Shown: positions 59,302 to 64,000 of the stretch, in pieces
Numbering within the stretch: the first letter of the stretch is position 1
Layout: every line of letters begins with the position of its first letter
From: Candidatus Latescibacterota bacterium
Lineage (GTDB): Bacteria > Latescibacterota > UBA2968 > GCA-2709665
Length of the DNA: 64,000 bases
Direction of reading: 5' to 3'
Assembly: GCA_965226795.1 (NCBI GenBank)
Contig: CBDDDZ010000003.1
Coordinates: 32,001-96,000 of the forward strand
Notes under the pieces: model-generated
The model's database searches: none
What the model was told of the DNA's origin: nothing
Seen by the model: the letters and a program-made list of their open reading frames with translations, nothing else
Translations under genes and position numbers: made by a program

Positions 59302-60609
59302 ATGAAGGTAACCGTTTCAGAGTCGGATACGTGGCGCAGGACCCTCGAGGTCGAGGTACCCGGCGAAGATGTGCGCGCACGAATCGAGACTGCCTATAAG
59401 AATTACGGTAAATCGTTGAATTTACCCGGTTTTCGCAAAGGAAAAATCCCTGTGAATCTGATCAAAAAGCGGTTTGGCAAGATAATTCAGGGCGAGGTTC
59501 TGCAGGAGGTGATGCAGGAGTACTACCGGGAGGCCAGCAACGCCGAGGGGTTGACGCCGATCGCGGAAGCCGCCATCGAAGACGTCAGCTACGAGGAAGG
59601 GCAGCCGCTCAAGTTCACGGCTTCCGTGGATATAAAGCCGGAGATCGTCGTGCAGGACTACAAGGGCCTGAAAACCACTCGCCCCTTATTCGAAGTCGCC
59701 GACGCCGATGTCGAAGAGCAACTCCAGCGTGTGCGGGAACAGAACGCCACGGAACAGGAGGTCGACCGGCCCGCCGGATTGGGCGATGTTGTCGTTGCGG
59801 ATCTTCAGGAACTGGATGAGAGCGGTCTTCCCATTATCGGTCGCAAACAGGAAGAACGCCCGTTTCATATTGGCGGGAGGAATGCCAATCACGACCTGGA
59901 CAACCAGCTGGTGGGCATTTCCACGGGAGAAACACGGCAGATTCGGCTGACTCATACGGAGGAAGTCGAACACGAAGCCCACGCTCACGGTTCACATCAC
60001 CCGGAGGGCCGGGAAATTCGCATGATGTTTTCCGCCAGGGAGGTCCGGGAACGCAGTCTGCCGGAATTGGACGACGAATTCGCCGGGGGCCAGGGTCAGT
60101 TCTCGTCGCTGGACGAACTCAAGGCACAGATCCGGACGGATCTCCAGGCGCAGGCCGATTTCGCCTCCCGGCGCTACCTTGAAGGCCATATTGTAGACGA
60201 ACTCATTCGAAAGAACGCGTTCGATCTCCCTGAAATCATGGTTGAAAACGGTCTGGACACGGTGCTGGAAAACCACAAGAAGGAACACGAAGGACACGAT
60301 CACGACATCGATGAAGAGGCGATTCGCCGGGAAAGCCGGGAGGGCACCATTCGCGGGTTGAAGCGTCATCTACTATTGGAGGCGATTCAGAAGCAGGAAG
60401 ACCTCGTGGTGGAAGAGGCGGAGGTGGACCGTCACCTCGACGGGATGGCGCGTCGTTACAATACGGAACGCGAGCAACTCCGCCAGATACTGAATCGGTC
60501 GGATCAGATCGAAAAGATCGAGTCGAACCTGCTGACGGAAAAGACGTTCGATTTCCTGATTCAACATGCGGAAATTGAAGACGTGGAGGCAAAGCCGGAT
60601 GGCCCCTGA
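59302..60609 (+). CDS. tig: Trigger factor
   Basis: LPGFRKGKIP ribosome-binding motif, LPELDDEFA; synteny with clpP/clpX. Confidence 0.96.
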   Translation: MKVTVSESDTWRRTLEVEVPGEDVRARIETAYKNYGKSLNLPGFRKGKIPVNLIKKRFGKIIQGEVLQEVMQEYYREASNAEGLTPIAEAAIEDVSYEEGQPLKFTASVDIKPEIVVQDYKGLKTTRPLFEVADADVEEQLQRVREQNATEQEVDRPAGLGDVVVADLQELDESGLPIIGRKQEERPFHIGGRNANHDLDNQLVGISTGETRQIRLTHTEEVEHEAHAHGSHHPEGREIRMMFSAREVRERSLPELDDEFAGGQGQFSSLDELKAQIRTDLQAQADFASRRYLEGHIVDELIRKNAFDLPEIMVENGLDTVLENHKKEHEGHDHDIDEEAIRRESREGTIRGLKRHLLLEAIQKQEDLVVEEAEVDRHLDGMARRYNTEREQLRQILNRSDQIEKIESNLLTEKTFDFLIQHAEIEDVEAKPDGP

Positions 60610-60649
60610 TTTGGATGCGGGATCGGAAAGTGAGGGAGAATAGAAGCTT

Positions 60650-61264
60650 ATGGCACTTGTACCCATGGTATTGGAGCAGACGGCGCGCGGTGAACGGTCC
60701 TACGATATTTTCTCGCGTCTTCTCGCCGACAATATTATTTTTATCGGGTTTCCGATTAACGACACCATTGCAAACCTGGTGATTGCGCAGATGCTGTTCT
60801 GCAGTTCGGAATCACCCGACAAAACCATTCGGCTGTACATCAATTCACCGGGCGGCAGCATAACGGCGGGGCTGGCCATTTACGATACCATGCAATATGT
60901 TTCCTGCGATGTCGAAACGGTGTGCGTCGGCCAGGCATTCAGCATCGCCGCCGTGCTCCTTGCCGGAGGCACCAGGGGACAGCGGCGCGCCCTGCCGAAT
61001 TCCCGTATTCTGGTCCATCAGCCCATAGGAGGCGCGGGCGGTCAGGCTTCGGACGTGGAACGCCACGCCAAAGAGATTCTCCAATGGCGTGACAAGCTCA
61101 ACGAGATTCTGGCGGAGCAGACCAGGCAACCGCTTGAACGGGTTGCCAAAGATGCCGATCGGGATTTCTTTATGTCTGCCGGCGAAGCCCTTAAGTACGG
61201 TCTGATCGACGAGGTGCTGGTGTCCAGCAAAGAAGATAGTCTCGTGATTGAGGACGATGCATAA
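60650..61264 (+). CDS. clpP: ATP-dependent Clp protease proteolytic subunit
   Basis: [28 protein letters not shown] triad motifs. Confidence 0.98.
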   Translation: MALVPMVLEQTARGERSYDIFSRLLADNIIFIGFPINDTIANLVIAQMLFCSSESPDKTIRLYINSPGGSITAGLAIYDTMQYVSCDVETVCVGQAFSIAAVLLAGGTRGQRRALPNSRILVHQPIGGAGGQASDVERHAKEILQWRDKLNEILAEQTRQPLERVAKDADRDFFMSAGEALKYGLIDEVLVSSKEDSLVIEDDA

Positions 61265-61327
61265 AAACCACGCCGGGACGGCGACGAAGTCGTCGGATAT
61301 CAGCCGTCGCGGCATCCTGGGTGACTT

Positions 61328-62569
61328 ATGAAACGGCGATCTTCAAAGGCCGAGGTACAGTGCTCTTTCTGCAGCAAGGGCAATGACCAGGTCGATAAGA
61401 TCATTACGGGAACCTCGGTGCACATTTGCAGCGATTGCGTCAAGCTGTGCAGCGAAGTGCTGCAGGAGGATGCCAGGCAAAAGCCGGTTCCATCCCGGCA
61501 GAAGCTGCCCAAACCCAGGACGATCAAGACCCGGCTCGACGACTATGTGATCGGGCAGGAGGTGGCCAAGCGTACACTTTCCGTTGCCGTATACAATCAC
61601 TATAAACGGATACGTACCCAGGTCGTTGCGGACGACGTCGAAATCGAAAAGAGCAATATACTGCTCGTCGGGCCCACCGGCACCGGGAAGACCCTGCTGG
61701 CCCAGACGCTCGCACGGATCCTGGATGTTCCGTTTTCCATCGCGGACGCGACGATTCTCACGGAAGCGGGTTATGTGGGCGAAGACGTGGAGAACATCCT
61801 GGTCCGTCTCCTGCAGGCGGCCGATTACGACGTGGCGCAGGCGGAGATGGGCATTCTCTACCTGGACGAGGTGGATAAGGTTTCGAGGAAGTCGGCCAAT
61901 CCCTCAATTACCCGCGACGTATCCGGAGAAGGTGTGCAGCAGGCCCTGCTGAAGATTCTGGAGGGCACCGTCGCCAGCATACCCCCGAAGGGCGGCCGCA
62001 AACACCCCGAGCAGCCCCTGATCCAGGTGAATACGCGGAATATTCTGTTTATTTGCGGCGGGGCATTCAACGGCCTGGAAGAAATCATCAGCAACCGGAT
62101 CGGAAAAAAGACCATCGGGTTTGGCGCGAAGAACAGCCCCGAGGAAAAACGGAACGTGGGCGCGTTGTTCGCCGAGGTGGAACCTGAGGATCTCATCAAA
62201 TACGGCCTGATTCCCGAACTGGTCGGCCGGCTGCCCATAACGTGTTCCCTCAACGATCTCGATGAGCAGGCCTTGTACAAGATTCTGACAGAGCCGAAGA
62301 ATGCGATAACCAAACAGTATCAGAAGCTCTTCGAAATGGATGGCGCCGAACTGGAATTCGAAGACGCGGCCCTGACCGAGGTAGTACGCCGAACCATCCG
62401 GAAAGGCACGGGCGCCAGGGGACTGCGATCCGTTCTGGAGGACATCATGATCGATCTGATGTACGACATCCCCTCCAATCCGGAACGGGAGCGGGTTGTG
62501 GTCACGAAAGAGATGGTTGCAGGCCGATCCAAGCCCCAACTTCACATCGAAGAGAAAAAGAGCGCATAG
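61328..62569 (+). CDS. clpX: ATP-dependent Clp protease ATP-binding subunit
   Basis: C4 zinc finger, [19 protein letters not shown] loop, GARGLR. Confidence 0.98.
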   Translation: MKRRSSKAEVQCSFCSKGNDQVDKIITGTSVHICSDCVKLCSEVLQEDARQKPVPSRQKLPKPRTIKTRLDDYVIGQEVAKRTLSVAVYNHYKRIRTQVVADDVEIEKSNILLVGPTGTGKTLLAQTLARILDVPFSIADATILTEAGYVGEDVENILVRLLQAADYDVAQAEMGILYLDEVDKVSRKSANPSITRDVSGEGVQQALLKILEGTVASIPPKGGRKHPEQPLIQVNTRNILFICGGAFNGLEEIISNRIGKKTIGFGAKNSPEEKRNVGALFAEVEPEDLIKYGLIPELVGRLPITCSLNDLDEQALYKILTEPKNAITKQYQKLFEMDGAELEFEDAALTEVVRRTIRKGTGARGLRSVLEDIMIDLMYDIPSNPERERVVVTKEMVAGRSKPQLHIEEKKSA

Positions 62570-62752
62570 TGTTCTGTCCCGGAAATAGATTGCCGTAATT
62601 CGGCCGCCGAGTCGCCCGGCTGGCAAGGCGCCTGAGCGAGTCGACCTGGGCAAGGTCGGCGAGCGAAGGCACTTCGACAAGCTCAGCGCAAGCAACGTAG
62701 CGAGGCGGGATGAATCGGCGGATGAATGGTGACATATTTCTGGGACGGGACA
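62569..62752 (+). mobile_element. MITE, probably IS630-derived (copy 3), at the clpX stop codon
   Basis: TA|GTGTTCTGTCCCGGAAATA...TATTTCTGGGACGGGACA; both ends homologous to 2401-2590; interior carries a CTTCGACAAGCTCAG REP-like hairpin. Confidence 0.75.
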
Positions 62753-62849
62753 AAAACCGCGGTCTCACCTTGTGTGCGCCTTCGGAACCGGGGTCCATTG
62801 CCCCGGTTTTCTATGTGTCTGCGGATAAATACGACCCCGGTTACCCGTT

Positions 62850-63437
62850 ATGCTGATCCGTTCCGCCGATTATGTCACCAGTGTCGCCCATCCGGACCGT
62901 CTTCCAATGGAAGGACTGCCGGAAATTGCGTTTGCCGGCCGCTCGAACGTGGGGAAATCCTCCCTGCTGAACCGGCTGTTGAACCGCAGAAAACTGGCCA
63001 ACACCAGCAAAACGCCCGGGAAGACGCGTACCCTGAACTACTACCTGGTCAACGAGACCTTGCATTTCGTGGATCTGCCCGGGTATGGTTACGCCAAACG
63101 AGGGCAGCAGGAACGCCGTCAGTGGGCCGATCTGATTAACCGGTATCTGGAGACACGGACGTCATTGCGAGGCATCCTGCATCTTATGGATGCCCGCCAC
63201 GATCCGACGGCGCACGACGTGGAGTTGGCCGTCTGGCTCTTGCAGTTCGGTCGGCCGTTCCTGGTGGTTGCCACAAAGGCCGATAAGCTCCCGGGAAGTC
63301 GGCAAAAGTCCCGGCTGGACCGGACGCGGAACCTGCTTTCCCAACTGGGCGAGTTCGATTTCGTGTCTTTTTCGGCGGTGTCGGGCCAGGGTCGACAGGC
63401 CGTCTGGAGGTGGATTCGGGATGTCATCGAACAGTAG
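62850..63437 (+). CDS. engB: Ribosome biogenesis GTP-binding protein YihA/YsxC
   Basis: EIAFAGRSNVGKSS, TSKTPGKT, DLPGYGYA, TKADK. Confidence 0.97.
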   Translation: MLIRSADYVTSVAHPDRLPMEGLPEIAFAGRSNVGKSSLLNRLLNRRKLANTSKTPGKTRTLNYYLVNETLHFVDLPGYGYAKRGQQERRQWADLINRYLETRTSLRGILHLMDARHDPTAHDVELAVWLLQFGRPFLVVATKADKLPGSRQKSRLDRTRNLLSQLGEFDFVSFSAVSGQGRQAVWRWIRDVIEQ

Positions 63438-63481
63438 ACCCGCGCGTGTCGGACAAATCGCTTTACCTCACGGGCATTGAA

Positions 63482-64000
63482 ATGAGGCCGCAACGGCTCT
63501 TTACACCGGGTCCGACGCCCATTCCGGAGAGGGTGCAGGCCGCAATGGCCGGACCCCCGGTCTACCACCGGGGACCGGACTTTCCCGCGCTATTGAGGGA
63601 TGCAGTCGAAGGGCTTAAGGAGGTCTTTCCCACGTCTTTTGACGTGTTCGTATTTGCCTGCTCGGGCACCGGCGTGATGGAGGCCGCGGTAGCCAATACT
63701 CTCTGTGCCGAAGACCGGGCCCTGGTGGTTCATGCGGGGCAGTTCGGCGCGCGGTGGACGGACCTCTGCCGGGCTTACGGGGTAGAGGTGGTCGAGAGGA
63801 GATTTCCCTGGGGCGAGGCGGTGGACCCGCAGGTGGTGGCCGACGTTCTCCGGGACGATCCGGGGATAAGGGTCGTGTTCGCCACACACAGCGAGACGTC
63901 CACCGGCGTCTTGCACGACATAGCCTCGATTGGCGCGATCCTGAGGGAAACGGACGCGCTGCTCGTCGTCGACGGAGTCTCCAGCGTGGCGGCCCACCCG
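63482..64000 (+). CDS. Class V PLP aminotransferase (alanine-glyoxylate/serine-pyruvate type), runs off the window
   Basis: MRPQRLFTPGPTP...HR...SGTGVMEAA...HSETSTGV...VDGVSS; absent from the ORF track because it has no stop in the window. Confidence 0.93.
   Translation, partial: MRPQRLFTPGPTPIPERVQAAMAGPPVYHRGPDFPALLRDAVEGLKEVFPTSFDVFVFACSGTGVMEAAVANTLCAEDRALVVHAGQFGARWTDLCRAYGVEVVERRFPWGEAVDPQVVADVLRDDPGIRVVFATHSETSTGVLHDIASIGAILRETDALLVVDGVSSVAAHP

Overview
High-GC bacterial window. The gene content (many heparinase II/III-like, GHL10-like, Gfo/Idh/MocA, PhyH and TauD genes, plus an ERG4/ERG24 remnant) suggests a Latescibacterota/Gemmatimonadota-like, possibly sponge-associated organism; this is inference only. 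Left to right: katG 3' end and bcp; a 1.3-9.8 kb accessory patch (REP/MITE repeats, truncated sterol-reductase-like gene, AT-rich esterase, PhyH, a probable UGSC-family selenoprotein with an unusual U-C-G-A motif and a SECIS-like hairpin, a PD-(D/E)xK-like gene beside a frameshifted ApeA-like HEPN gene, and a complete IS1380 with a CTAG duplication); a long minus-strand metabolic run (SAF oxidoreductase, M50B peptidase, PurO-like, class A beta-lactamase-like, nadE, ceramidase-like, Gfo/Idh/MocA, AcuI-like, DAO, TauD, AKR, epimerase); an AT-rich islet with a NYN RNase behind a promoter/palindrome/terminator leader; a cysK::yeiH deletion scar; about 26 kb of apparently signal-peptide-less glycan/sugar-acid catabolic genes; a Tes-like (tetraether lipid synthase) radical SAM gene; then tig-clpP-clpX-engB and the start of a class V aminotransferase. 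No rRNA, tRNA or CRISPR array was seen. All calls come from reading motifs by eye, not from database searches.
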